Source of the DNA: Acidobacteriota bacterium
Lineage (GTDB): Bacteria; Acidobacteriota; UBA890; WLXD01
Length of the DNA stretch: 64,000 nt
NCBI GenBank assembly: GCA_965248695.1
Contig: CBDFKD010000002.1
Location: 160,001 to 224,000 of the forward strand
Direction of reading: 5' to 3'
The stretch's first letter is position 1. Every line of letters starts with the position of its first letter. This document shows, piece by piece, positions 31,179 through 40,831 of the stretch. The notes beneath the pieces are model-generated. The model saw only the letters and a list, made by a program, of their open reading frames with translations, was not told where the DNA came from and did no database searches. The position numbers and the translations under genes were made by a program.

Positions 31179-32645
31179 CTAGCGGACGACGAACTGGTCG
31201 ACGTGGGCCTCGTCCATCGGCGAGGTGAGCAGCGACACGACCACCAGCGTGACCAGGTTGGCGACCAGGCCGAATATACCGGGCTGCACCTGTTGCCACT
31301 GAAGCGCCGGTACGTAGTAGAAGAGCACGACGACGCTGCAGCCAGTCGCGAGGCCCGCCAGCACGCCTTGCGGCGTGGCGCGCGGCCAGTAGAACGTCGC
31401 CACCAGCACCGGCGCAATCTGCACGAGAAAACCGTACGAGAGCAGCAACAAAGCCACTAGCGAGAGCTCGGAGACGACCGCGAAGTAGTAGGCGAAAGCC
31501 GAGATCACGAGCACCATCGTGCGGATGAGCCGAGTCTGCTGGCGCTCGCTGAGCGCCCGCGGTGACAGCGCGCACACGAAGTCGCGCACCATGATCGACC
31601 CGGCGGCGTGCAGCAGGGCGTCGCCAGTTGACATCGAGGCGGCAAGCGCGCCGGCGCAGAACAAGCCGACGGTGAACGGCGACAGGTCCATCGACATCAG
31701 GATCGTCGGCAGTATGGCGTCGGCCGGCACAACGTCGCGGTAGCGGAGAATTCCCGAGAAGCCGATGAAGATGATCGGAATCAAGAACACCTGGAACGTC
31801 GGGTAGAAGATGATCGTCTTCTTGAGCACGCGCTCGCTGCTGGCGGTGTAGATCTTCATGAAGTAATGCGGCCACAGGCTGAACCCGATCGCTGAGACGG
31901 CAATGGCGCTCGAGTAGCCGCCCCATGTCCAGCGGCTACCGGCCGCATCCAACCCTGGCGGCGTGAGCATCTCGGGCACCGCCGCGACGAGCTCCTGGAA
32001 CATCGGCCCGACGCCGCCGTACAACCGATACGGCAGATACAGCCCCAGGCCCCAGGCCAGCACCATCATGAAGACTCCCTGGAACGTATTGGTCCAACCG
32101 ACCCCCATCACACCGCTGGCCAACACGTAGATCAGCACCACGCCGTAGGCGATCGCGGCGCCGAGCCAGTGGGGAATCCGTCCCTCGGTAACGACGCTGA
32201 AGACATAGCCGGCGCCCTGCATCTGCAGCACCAAGTAGGGAATGAATGCCACCAGGCTGAGCAATGCCAGCGCCGCCGACAGCCAGCGACTGTCGAAACG
32301 GTGGGCGAACAGCTCGGCCTGCGTGACGTAGCCGAACCGCCGACCGAGCCGGGCCACTCGTGGTCCATAGGCGTACCAAGGGATCAACCCGACGGTGGCG
32401 TACGACAGGATGTAGAAGGCGGCCGCGCCGCGCGAGTACGCCCAGCCCGGTCCGCCGAGAAAGGAGAACGCCGAGAAGATCGACGCGCCCATGATGAAGT
32501 ACATCAGCACGAAGCCGAGCGTGCGGTCGCCGGCGATGTAGCCTTCAGGGCCGCTGCTCGCGCGCCGCCCCGAGATCAGGCCCACCGCCAGCGACGCCAG
32601 CAGGTAGCCGAGCGTCACGCTGAAGACCACCACCCAGGCCGGCAT
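31179..32645 (-). CDS. Sodium:solute symporter family protein
   Basis: About 13 TM segments; SAFSFLGGPG, GVGWTN..QG, ALAASMST. Confidence 0.9.
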   Translation of the reverse strand: MPAWVVVFSVTLGYLLASLAVGLISGRRASSGPEGYIAGDRTLGFVLMYFIMGASIFSAFSFLGGPGWAYSRGAAAFYILSYATVGLIPWYAYGPRVARLGRRFGYVTQAELFAHRFDSRWLSAALALLSLVAFIPYLVLQMQGAGYVFSVVTEGRIPHWLGAAIAYGVVLIYVLASGVMGVGWTNTFQGVFMMVLAWGLGLYLPYRLYGGVGPMFQELVAAVPEMLTPPGLDAAGSRWTWGGYSSAIAVSAIGFSLWPHYFMKIYTASSERVLKKTIIFYPTFQVFLIPIIFIGFSGILRYRDVVPADAILPTILMSMDLSPFTVGLFCAGALAASMSTGDALLHAAGSIMVRDFVCALSPRALSERQQTRLIRTMVLVISAFAYYFAVVSELSLVALLLLSYGFLVQIAPVLVATFYWPRATPQGVLAGLATGCSVVVLFYYVPALQWQQVQPGIFGLVANLVTLVVVSLLTSPMDEAHVDQFVVR

Positions 32646-32944
32646 CAGTCGGCAAGGTCCCGGTCGGGAGTCCGCTGGTCGGGAGCATCCTCATCGAGCA
32701 CTCCCTGGCGGACTTCCCATCGATACAGCGCCAGGCCGGCCAGAAACGACACCCCTACCAGTGCAGCAAGAAACGCCAACGCGAACGGCATTCCGAACAC
32801 GAACGGACGGATGCGAGCGAACGGCACGTGCAGCGGCCAGACAAGGGCCGCCGACACGATCACGAACCAGCAGGTTGCAGCCCGGTAGACGCGCCGCTCC
32901 CGACTGGTCAGCCGACGCGAGAAGAACCTCGGGGCGAGACGCAC
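32645..32944 (-). CDS. Two-TM accessory protein of the symporter (DUF3311/DUF997-like)
   Basis: WP..RIRPFVFGMPF; abuts the symporter start. Confidence 0.65.
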   Translation of the reverse strand: MRLAPRFFSRRLTSRERRVYRAATCWFVIVSAALVWPLHVPFARIRPFVFGMPFALAFLAALVGVSFLAGLALYRWEVRQGVLDEDAPDQRTPDRDLAD

Positions 32945-32951
32945 GGCAGCG

Positions 32952-33377
32952 CTATTCCTTCCGACCGCGAACCGAACCTCGGTCGCGCTTCACCTTGGAT
33001 CGATGCCGTTTGTCGTCCAACCGACGGCGCTTGGCCGCACCGCTGGGCCGCGTCGGTCGACGCTTCTTCGGCCGCCGCAGGGCGTTTTCCAGCAGCACGC
33101 GGAAACGCTCGATGACTTCGACCCTGTTCGCCGCCTGCGAGCGCGCCGCATGTGACGAGATCTGCAATACACCGTCGTTCGATAGGCGCGCCGTCAGAGT
33201 CGATAGCAGGCGTTCGCGGTCTTCGTCGCCAAGGCTCGGAGAGCCCGTGACGTCGAACCGCAATGTGACCCGACTGGACACCTTGTTCACATGCTGGCCA
33301 CCCGGGCCACCGCCGCGAGAAGCCACAAAGCTCAGCTCCTCAGCGGGAATGGTCACCCGTTCGTTGATCTTCGGCAT
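32952..33377 (-). CDS. arfB: Alternative ribosome-rescue peptidyl-tRNA hydrolase ArfB
   Basis: SRGGGPGGQHVNK (GGQ), RSQ..N, basic C-terminal tail KKRRPTRPS...RRL..K...S.VK..R. Confidence 0.93.
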   Translation of the reverse strand: MPKINERVTIPAEELSFVASRGGGPGGQHVNKVSSRVTLRFDVTGSPSLGDEDRERLLSTLTARLSNDGVLQISSHAARSQAANRVEVIERFRVLLENALRRPKKRRPTRPSGAAKRRRLDDKRHRSKVKRDRGSVRGRKE

Positions 33378-33416
33378 GGCACAAGGATAGACCGGGACGG
33401 ACTATGATCTGGCCCC

Positions 33417-34496
33417 ATGCGCGTCCGTCACGCTGAGACCTGGCGACACGACTTCACGCTCCGTGAGCCGTACACCATCGCCTACGATACCTATGACAGC
33501 GCCACCAACTTCTTCGTCCGGCTCGATACCGACACTGGCCTCAGCGGCTACGGTTGCGCCTCGCCAACGTCGGAGATAACCGGCGAGTCGATCTCCGATT
33601 GCGAGGAAGCCTTGGCGCTCCTGGCAAACGGGACGGTCAACGTCGATCCACAGCAAGGGCGCGGGCCGGCGCTGGGGAGCGAGACCACTCGCACGCCCGC
33701 CGCCGTCGCCGCCGTCGACATGGCGCTGCTGGACCTTCGAGCGCGCGCTGCCGGTGTGCCCCTTTGCGTCCTGCTCGGCGGTGCCCCGGGGAGCCTGAAC
33801 ACCTCCGTGACGCTGGGCATCGACTCGCTCGACGCGACCCTCGAGCGCGGCCGCGATCAGGTCGCCCAGGGCTTCCGTGCCTTGAAGGTCAAAGGAGGAA
33901 ACGATGTCGACGCCGATATCGCCCGTATTCGCGGCCTGCGCGAAGTGCTCGGACCTGATATCGAGATTCGATTCGACGCCAACCAGGGCTACGACGCCGA
34001 GGCTGCGCTGCGATTCGCACGCGGTGTGGCGCAAGCGGACGTAGTTGTCTTCGAGCAACCCACCACGGCGGCCGACAGCCGCGGCCTGGCTGATCTCACC
34101 GCCACCCTAGGGGCATTGCGGAAGGAGGACCCCGGCATTCCTCTCGTGCTGGCAGACGAGAGCCTGCTGGGCGTCGCCGACGCGCTGGAGTTGGTAGCCG
34201 GCGGGGTTGTCGACGGCTTCACGATGAAGCTGATGAAGGCCGGCGGTGTAACGGCCTTGCAGGCGATCGATGGCGTGGCCGCGACCGCCGGCATGCCGTG
34301 CATGTTGAGCTGTATGGACGAGGCCGCCCTCGCGATCGCAGCCGGGCTCCATTTCGCGCTGGCCGCGAGAACCATCCGCTGGGTCGATCTCGACGGCCAC
34401 CTCGACCTGCTGGACGATCCCACCGCCGCGGCGCTCAGCCTGCGCGACGGACGGCTGGCACCAGCCCCCGGGCCGGGCCTAGGGGTCCAGCTGTAG
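33417..34496 (+). CDS. L-Ala-D/L-Glu dipeptide epimerase (enolase superfamily)
   Basis: KVK, FDANQGY, EQP, ADES, MKLMKAGG, DLDG. Confidence 0.85.
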   Translation: MRVRHAETWRHDFTLREPYTIAYDTYDSATNFFVRLDTDTGLSGYGCASPTSEITGESISDCEEALALLANGTVNVDPQQGRGPALGSETTRTPAAVAAVDMALLDLRARAAGVPLCVLLGGAPGSLNTSVTLGIDSLDATLERGRDQVAQGFRALKVKGGNDVDADIARIRGLREVLGPDIEIRFDANQGYDAEAALRFARGVAQADVVVFEQPTTAADSRGLADLTATLGALRKEDPGIPLVLADESLLGVADALELVAGGVVDGFTMKLMKAGGVTALQAIDGVAATAGMPCMLSCMDEAALAIAAGLHFALAARTIRWVDLDGHLDLLDDPTAAALSLRDGRLAPAPGPGLGVQL

Positions 34497-34509
34497 GCCT
34501 TTTCGGGTT

Positions 34510-34638
34510 ACGTCAGGATTGATCAATAACGGTCAATCGCGTCCTTTAACTAATTTAAGAATGTATTTCTTTCTTCTTCGAACTGATGATAGGCATTCGT
34601 ATAATTTCCTTGGTCTGTCCTACTGAGGATGCCTCATC
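34510..34638 (+). promoter_or_regulatory. AT-rich promoter region of the hybrid histidine kinase
   Basis: A/T-rich tract containing a perfect TATAAT at 34600-34605. Confidence 0.55.
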
Positions 34639-36813
34639 ATGAATTCAACTCTCCAAAGTCGCCGTCGGATCGTCACGCTGCTCCGCTGGGTGATGTTCAT
34701 CGCCCTTGCGTATCTGGTCTGGGCGAGCGGCGAGGGCACCGTCGCTCTGCGCGCCGGGCTGCTCGGCGTCGTTGCGCTGTCGAACATCGTCTTGTCTCGG
34801 CTCCGACTGGCCACCTGGGAGCATCCAGCGCTACTGCCCGTCGTCGCGACGGTAGACATCAGCGTCCTGCTCGGGGCGATGGTCTCCGGGCCGGGATTCG
34901 CCCGCGACTTCTTCTTTGCGTACTTCATCATCTTGGCGGTCGTCGGACTGGCAAGTAGCCTGCGGTGGGCAATTGTCGGCACCACTCTGGCTGTGGCCGG
35001 CTACGGTGGAATCCTCGGTCTGGAACACGGCATCGTCCTGTTGCAGACGCCGAGCCTGATCGGACGCCTGGGCTTCCTGTTCAGCATCGGCGTCGGCTAT
35101 GGCGGCCTCATCGAGGCCAGCCGCGCACGCCTGCGCGAGACGCTGCTGCAGCAACAGCTACTCGGCTGGGTAGACAAGCTCCGGACAGCGTTCTCCGACG
35201 ACTTCGACGCCAACGACGTGATCCGCCAGGTCCTGGTCGACATTCAAGACGTCTACCCCGGCAATGTGCGCGCGTCGCTCGTGCAACTCGGCGACGAGAC
35301 CATGCAGGTCATCTCGTCGAGCGACGATCAGGAGGTGCGCGAGCTGGAATTGTCGGCCGAGCGATACCCCGAGCTCATGCAGGCGGTGGAGACACGTGAG
35401 CCGATCGTGATCGACGACCTTCGTAGCGATTCGTTGACCGAATCAGTTCGCGAGCTCGTCTCGGATCTGCCGTTCAACTCGCTGCTCCTGTGCCCGGTCA
35501 ACCTGGAGGATCCGACAATCGGCCATGTCGTGCTGCGTGTGGCACGCCAGAGCGGCGCCTTCAGTCCGAGCATTGTCAATACGACCCAGCACGTAGCCGA
35601 GGCGATCGGGGCGGTCTTCCGGCAGGCGAAGATGCGCGAGGCAATGGAGCGCTCCGAGAAGATGGAGATGGTCTCGCAGATCGCCATGAGCGTCTCCCAC
35701 AGTTTCAACGACATCTTGTCGACCGTGTTGCTATCGGCCGAATCACTGCGCAAGCAAGCCACTCGTCACGCTGCGTCCGGCGTCAGCGGACCCTTCGATG
35801 AGGAATCCATGTCTCGGTTCGAGACCATCGAGCTGTCCGTCAAGGAGGGTCTGACGATCGTCGAGCGTCTGGCGGCCTGGACCCAGGTCGACGGCTCGAC
35901 GCCACAGGAACTCAACGGTCAGGCGATCGAGCCGCGGGCCATCCTCGAAGAGGCCTGGAAGTACGCCCGCCCGCACTGGGCTCGGCGCGAGGCCACGCGC
36001 GGCCTCGAGCTGAAACTTGAGGTCGAAGAGACCCGTGCCGTCGAGGGCAGCCAGCCGGAGCTACGCGAAGTGCTGCTCAACCTGATGATCAACGCAGTCG
36101 ATGCCATGCCGAAAGGCGGCACCATGACGCTGCGCCTCAGGGAGGTCGGCGAGCAGGTCGTCTTCAGCGTCGAGGATACGGGCACTGGAATGTCCGAGGA
36201 GACCCTCGAGCGCATCTTCGACCCGCTCTTCACGACCAAGGGTAAGGCGGGCACCGGCCTCGGCCTGCCGACTGCCCAGTCGGTCGCTGACCGGCACGGC
36301 GGCAAGCTCTCCGCCAAGAGTCAGGAGGGCGTCGGTAGTTGCTTCACCCTGGCCTTGCCGGCGTCTTCGAAGACCGTGGGAGCCGACACACAGAGTGAGA
36401 CCGCTGGAGACGACACCGGCGCCGCCGCAAACCAGCGCGTGTTGCTGGTCGAGCCCAACGAGCTGGTTCGCGACGTGATGCTGCGCGTGCTGCAGGGCGC
36501 CGGATTGCACGTCGATGTGGTGGCCGACCTCGATGAAGCAGAGGTCATGCTCGGTACCGACCGCGCCTATTGTGGGCTGGTGGTCGACGCTGCCGTCGGT
36601 GGCGACGACCTGCCGGACTTCCTCGGCGAGATGCACACCATGGACCCTGAGCTCGCAGCGCGGGTCTTGCTCTACAGCAACGGCGGCATGACAACCGAAA
36701 TGAAGGAATTGCAGCAGACGTTCGGCGTATCGTGTGTCGACCGCTCGGCCGGCCTCGCTGTGCTGAGCGACGCGCTGGGCATCATCACGGCAAGGGACAG
36801 CGCCGCCGCCTGA
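34639..36813 (+). CDS. Membrane hybrid sensor histidine kinase (TM-GAF-HisKA-HATPase-REC)
   Basis: N-terminal TM segments; H-box SHSFND; N box NLMINAVDAM; G1 DTGTG; F box IFDPLFTTK; G2 GTGLGL; degenerate receiver. Confidence 0.88.
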   Translation: MNSTLQSRRRIVTLLRWVMFIALAYLVWASGEGTVALRAGLLGVVALSNIVLSRLRLATWEHPALLPVVATVDISVLLGAMVSGPGFARDFFFAYFIILAVVGLASSLRWAIVGTTLAVAGYGGILGLEHGIVLLQTPSLIGRLGFLFSIGVGYGGLIEASRARLRETLLQQQLLGWVDKLRTAFSDDFDANDVIRQVLVDIQDVYPGNVRASLVQLGDETMQVISSSDDQEVRELELSAERYPELMQAVETREPIVIDDLRSDSLTESVRELVSDLPFNSLLLCPVNLEDPTIGHVVLRVARQSGAFSPSIVNTTQHVAEAIGAVFRQAKMREAMERSEKMEMVSQIAMSVSHSFNDILSTVLLSAESLRKQATRHAASGVSGPFDEESMSRFETIELSVKEGLTIVERLAAWTQVDGSTPQELNGQAIEPRAILEEAWKYARPHWARREATRGLELKLEVEETRAVEGSQPELREVLLNLMINAVDAMPKGGTMTLRLREVGEQVVFSVEDTGTGMSEETLERIFDPLFTTKGKAGTGLGLPTAQSVADRHGGKLSAKSQEGVGSCFTLALPASSKTVGADTQSETAGDDTGAAANQRVLLVEPNELVRDVMLRVLQGAGLHVDVVADLDEAEVMLGTDRAYCGLVVDAAVGGDDLPDFLGEMHTMDPELAARVLLYSNGGMTTEMKELQQTFGVSCVDRSAGLAVLSDALGIITARDSAAA

Positions 36814-36907
36814 CGACACCGAGATCTGGGACACCGGTCCGTAAGACGACCCACACCCCGCCGTCGGCCGACCCGCGTAGGCCGTATGGTCTGCCGCTGT
36901 AGTCGAC

Positions 36908-38287
36908 TCAGGTCACGACGGTGGGAATCCAGCCGTTGCGGCGCGCCAACGCGTATACGAACCCTCCGACGACGAGCGTGGCGAGCGCGGCCGTGGTCGG
37001 ACCCGGGGTCGAGATCAGACCCTGCACCCAGGCGGCGACGGTTATCGCAATGAAGATGAGCCCCGGGACCGGATGCCATGGGGTCACAAAGGCGCCCGGC
37101 GGGACCGCTTCAGCTCGCCGACGGACAACGAACAGCGTCGAGATCGTCAGTGCATTGAACAGTAGCAAGGATGACCCGATGTAGATCAGCAACGCTTCGA
37201 ACGCTCCGGTCAACGCTAGCAGCGCGGCAAGCAAGCCCTGCGCCACGATCGCGATCACGGGTACCCGGCCCGATGACGAGAGACGCCCCATGGGCTGAGG
37301 GGCAAGGCCATCGCGAGCCATCGCGAAGTAGATCCTCGGCCCCACCGCCGTCATGGCGCTCACCGAGGCAAACATCGCCAGCGCGATGATGGCGCTCACC
37401 GTCAGCGAGCCCCCGGCTCCCAGGAGACGTGCCGCCGCTACCTGGCCGACGGCGATCACGGGTTCCCAATCGGCTTCCGGAATGGCGTAGAAGAACAGGA
37501 CGTTGACTGCCAGATACAGCGCTGTCACGGCGAGCGCGCCACCTACGATCGCCCGCGGTAGGTTGCGTCCCGGCCGCTTGACCTCGCCGGCCATGTAGGC
37601 GGCGGCGTTCCATCCGGCATACGCGTAGCTCACCGGTAGCAGCGCGGCCCACCAGCTGCCCTGCGCCGTACCGACCGCGCGCAAGCCGCTCCAGTCACCC
37701 CGACCGCCGGCGAAGCCCACCGCCACGAACAGCGCAATGGCGGCGACCACCACGGTGGCCAGCGTCGTCTGGAACCAACCGCTCGATCGGACCCCGAGGC
37801 TGTGTACTACCGTCAGCGCGAGCACCACGATCGCCGCCGCGGCGGCGCCCTGCGTCACGCCCAGGTTGGCGATCAGGGCGGCATCCGAGTTCCAGCTCGG
37901 GATCAACGGCGCCACGTAGGCGGTCATCCCGAGCGCCGATGCGGCCACCGCGGCCGAGAACCCGACGATGAAGGAGGTCCACCCGCTGAGGAAGCCCCAC
38001 AGGGGACCGAAGACGCGTGCCAGGTAGCGGTACTCTCCCCCGGCTCCCGGCATGCGCGTGGCGAGTTCGGCGTAGCACAGCGCGCCACACAGACCCAACA
38101 AACCGGCGACCGCCCACACTCCGAGTGCCGCCGGCGCGCTGCCAGCCGCCACCCGGACGAAGGCCGGCAACGTGAAGATTCCTGTGCCGACCATGTTGGT
38201 CACCACGAATGCGCCCGCCCCGACGGCACTCAGGCTTCGCACCAAGCCATCGCTGGTTGGTTCGTGCTTGCTCACCCCGTCTGCCAC
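36908..38287 (-). CDS. APC family amino acid permease
   Basis: NMVGTGIF, YAELA..PGAGGEY, YAGWN...GEVK.P..NLP; start uncertain. Confidence 0.88.
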   Translation of the reverse strand: MADGVSKHEPTSDGLVRSLSAVGAGAFVVTNMVGTGIFTLPAFVRVAAGSAPAALGVWAVAGLLGLCGALCYAELATRMPGAGGEYRYLARVFGPLWGFLSGWTSFIVGFSAAVAASALGMTAYVAPLIPSWNSDAALIANLGVTQGAAAAAIVVLALTVVHSLGVRSSGWFQTTLATVVVAAIALFVAVGFAGGRGDWSGLRAVGTAQGSWWAALLPVSYAYAGWNAAAYMAGEVKRPGRNLPRAIVGGALAVTALYLAVNVLFFYAIPEADWEPVIAVGQVAAARLLGAGGSLTVSAIIALAMFASVSAMTAVGPRIYFAMARDGLAPQPMGRLSSSGRVPVIAIVAQGLLAALLALTGAFEALLIYIGSSLLLFNALTISTLFVVRRRAEAVPPGAFVTPWHPVPGLIFIAITVAAWVQGLISTPGPTTAALATLVVGGFVYALARRNGWIPTVVT

Positions 38288-38489
38288 TCCATTGTCCCCA
38301 CCGCACGTGGTTGAACAGCTTCGTCGTCTGGCGCGGCTGCGACCCGCCACGCCGCGCCCTCGGGAGTCGCCAGGGTAGCCGAGGCAGCCTCAGTGTATCG
38401 GGAGCGGCTGCCGAAACGACCGATCCGGGCACCGTTGACGCGCTCCGCGAGCCTATGCGCGTTGGCGGCGCGCGGACTACTCTTGGTGC

Positions 38490-40106
38490 ATGGGCACCGA
38501 ACGTCCGGCGCGACTGGACGAACGCACGGCGAACACGCGCGTAACTCTCGTCCAGGCGACCAACGGGACGGGGGCTACCCCTGCCTCCACCCTCCTGCGA
38601 ACTCGGCTGCGGACCGTCGCCCTGCTCATCCTCGTAGCGTTGATGTTGTGGCTGCTGCGAGGTCCGTTCATCGCCGGCCAGGCGTATTCCGGCGTCCAGC
38701 TGGCGACGATCGGGGCCCTGGCGACGGCGACCGCGCTGCTGTGGTCACGCATCGTTTTCTCCCGACTCTGGCTTCGGGTCGCCGAGGGTGCCGTGTTTCT
38801 CCTCACCACCGGCGGCATCTCGGCCCATGCTTATCTGCTGGTGCGCGACCGCGCCCTGGCCGGCAATCAGCTGCTGGTACAGGGGCAGCTCTACGCCCTG
38901 GTCATCGCCACCAGCGCGCTGGTGGTAGCTCACGGCATGCTGCTGCCGAAGACCTGGAGGTCGACGCTCGCGTTCACGATTCCGATGGCGGCGATTCCTC
39001 TGGCCACGCTCGCAATGATGTCGAGGCTCGAACCCGCGGCGTTCGTCACCGTCCGGTCGATTCTGAGCTTCGAAACGGTCACCGATCTCGGCATGGTGCT
39101 GGTCGCCTCGCTGGCCGGCGGGGCGACGGGCACGCAGATTATCTACTCGTTGCGCCGAGCAGCGACCGCCGCTCGCGACCTGGGCCAGTACCAGCTGCAG
39201 GAGCGCATCGCCAGCGGTGGCATGGGCGAGATCTGGCGCGCCAGCCACCGTTTCCTGGCCCGTCCGGCCGCCATCAAGGTGATTCACCCCGACAAGGTCA
39301 GCCCGCTGGGCGGTGACTCAGCCGCGAAGGTGCTCGAACGATTCGAGAAGGAGGCCCAGACCACCGCCCGTCTGGAGTCGCTCAACACGGTGCGGATCTA
39401 CGACTTCGGCCGCACCGACAGCGGCGAGTTCTACTACGCGATGGAGCTACTCGAAGGTCTCGACCTGGAGCTCATGGTGGAACGCTACGGGCCGGTATCA
39501 CCAGGGCGCGCGATCCATTTCATGACCCAGGCGTGTGACTCGCTCTCGGAAGCACATTCCCTCGGCCAGGTACACCGCGACGTCAAACCATCGAATCTCT
39601 TCGTCTGCAAGGTCGGCCTTACCTACGACGTGCTCAAGGTGCTCGACTTCGGCCTGGTGACCCGGGCCGGCAGCGAGAAAGCGCGCGATCTGCGGCTCGA
39701 AGGCTCCGAAGGCCTGGCCGGGACGCCTGCCTACATGGCCCCCGAGCAGGTGCTCGCTGACACCACCATCGACGAGCGCGCCGACATCTACGCCCTGGGC
39801 TGCGTCGGATACTGGCTGCTGAGCGGTCACACCGTGTTCGACATCGACCGCCCGCTGGCGATGGCAGTGGCACACGTCAAGGCGCCCCCGATGTCCCTGT
39901 CTCGACGCACCGAGATCGCTGTACCTGCCGACCTTGAAGCGTTGATCATGCAGTGCCTCGAGAAAGATCCCGCCGCTCGACCTCAAAGCGCCGAGGCCCT
40001 CGCCGACCAGCTGACCGCGTGCGGCGACGCCACCGGGTGGTTGCCACCACAAGCGCGCGAATGGTGGCGCCGACATCGGCCGTTGGAGGGCGACCCGGGC
40101 ACGTAG
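38490..40106 (+). CDS. Membrane Hanks-type Ser/Thr protein kinase
   Basis: N-terminal TM segments; IASGGMGEIW, AAIK, HRDVKPSN, DFG, GTPAYMAPE, DIYALG. Confidence 0.92.
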   Translation: MGTERPARLDERTANTRVTLVQATNGTGATPASTLLRTRLRTVALLILVALMLWLLRGPFIAGQAYSGVQLATIGALATATALLWSRIVFSRLWLRVAEGAVFLLTTGGISAHAYLLVRDRALAGNQLLVQGQLYALVIATSALVVAHGMLLPKTWRSTLAFTIPMAAIPLATLAMMSRLEPAAFVTVRSILSFETVTDLGMVLVASLAGGATGTQIIYSLRRAATAARDLGQYQLQERIASGGMGEIWRASHRFLARPAAIKVIHPDKVSPLGGDSAAKVLERFEKEAQTTARLESLNTVRIYDFGRTDSGEFYYAMELLEGLDLELMVERYGPVSPGRAIHFMTQACDSLSEAHSLGQVHRDVKPSNLFVCKVGLTYDVLKVLDFGLVTRAGSEKARDLRLEGSEGLAGTPAYMAPEQVLADTTIDERADIYALGCVGYWLLSGHTVFDIDRPLAMAVAHVKAPPMSLSRRTEIAVPADLEALIMQCLEKDPAARPQSAEALADQLTACGDATGWLPPQAREWWRRHRPLEGDPGT

Positions 40107-40315
40107 CAGGCCGTGGCGGTGGTGCCGGGTTCAACAGCAGTTTCCGGCTACGACCAGCCACCGGCAAACTAGCGACTACCGGTGTTCGCTTGCGGGACAC
40201 CGCCTTCCATTTTGCCGGCGCCACTCGGATACTTGCTGCACTCCCCTTCGGCACGTCCGTGGGGTGATCTGTGCCATGGGGGCAACAGGCGCCAACCGAG
40301 CCACGGAGGAATCTC

Positions 40316-40741
40316 ATGGCGAAGATCGAACGGAAGCACGAAGTCATCGACGGTCCTCTGACCGAGGAGCTGCTGCACTCCAAAACGGCAGACGGCTGGC
40401 GCGCCCTGGCGGTCGTGTGGGAACGCACGGTAGAGGGAGAGGAGGAGGACGCTTCGACGCAGGCGGTACCCTACGGCCTGCGAGTCGCGGCAGACTGTGC
40501 CACCCTCGAGCCGGCGGTCGACGAGATCAAGGCGATGATCCACATGCTGAAAATGATCGTCGACGACAAGGGCTTCGGACAGATCGCCCAGGAGCTAAAC
40601 GAGGCGGGGTTCCGGACACGTCGTGGCGGCGAGTGGAACCAGACTTCCGTGTTCCAGATGCTGCCGCGCCTGATCGAGGTCGCACCGAGCATCTACTCGA
40701 GCGACGACTGGTTGGCTCTCAAGCCGCATTTGACGCTCTAG
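40316..40741 (+). CDS. Small protein with a serine-recombinase 'Recombinase' DNA-binding domain only
   Basis: VPYG..., GFGQIAQELNEAGFRTRRGGEWNQTSV; GGAGG RBS; no resolvase catalytic domain. Confidence 0.72.
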   Translation: MAKIERKHEVIDGPLTEELLHSKTADGWRALAVVWERTVEGEEEDASTQAVPYGLRVAADCATLEPAVDEIKAMIHMLKMIVDDKGFGQIAQELNEAGFRTRRGGEWNQTSVFQMLPRLIEVAPSIYSSDDWLALKPHLTL

Positions 40742-40831
40742 CAGGCCCGCCTCGATCGGCCACCATCTCGACCAGGGGCATCGGGGCGAGAACGGGTGCT
40801 ACCCTGCCTCCGATCAGGAGGCCGGGCGACG

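Noticed and set aside
40160-40220. c-di-GMP-I riboswitch suggested by GGCAAAC
   Set aside because: The GAAA-capped P2 and following GCAAA/P3 elements are missing.
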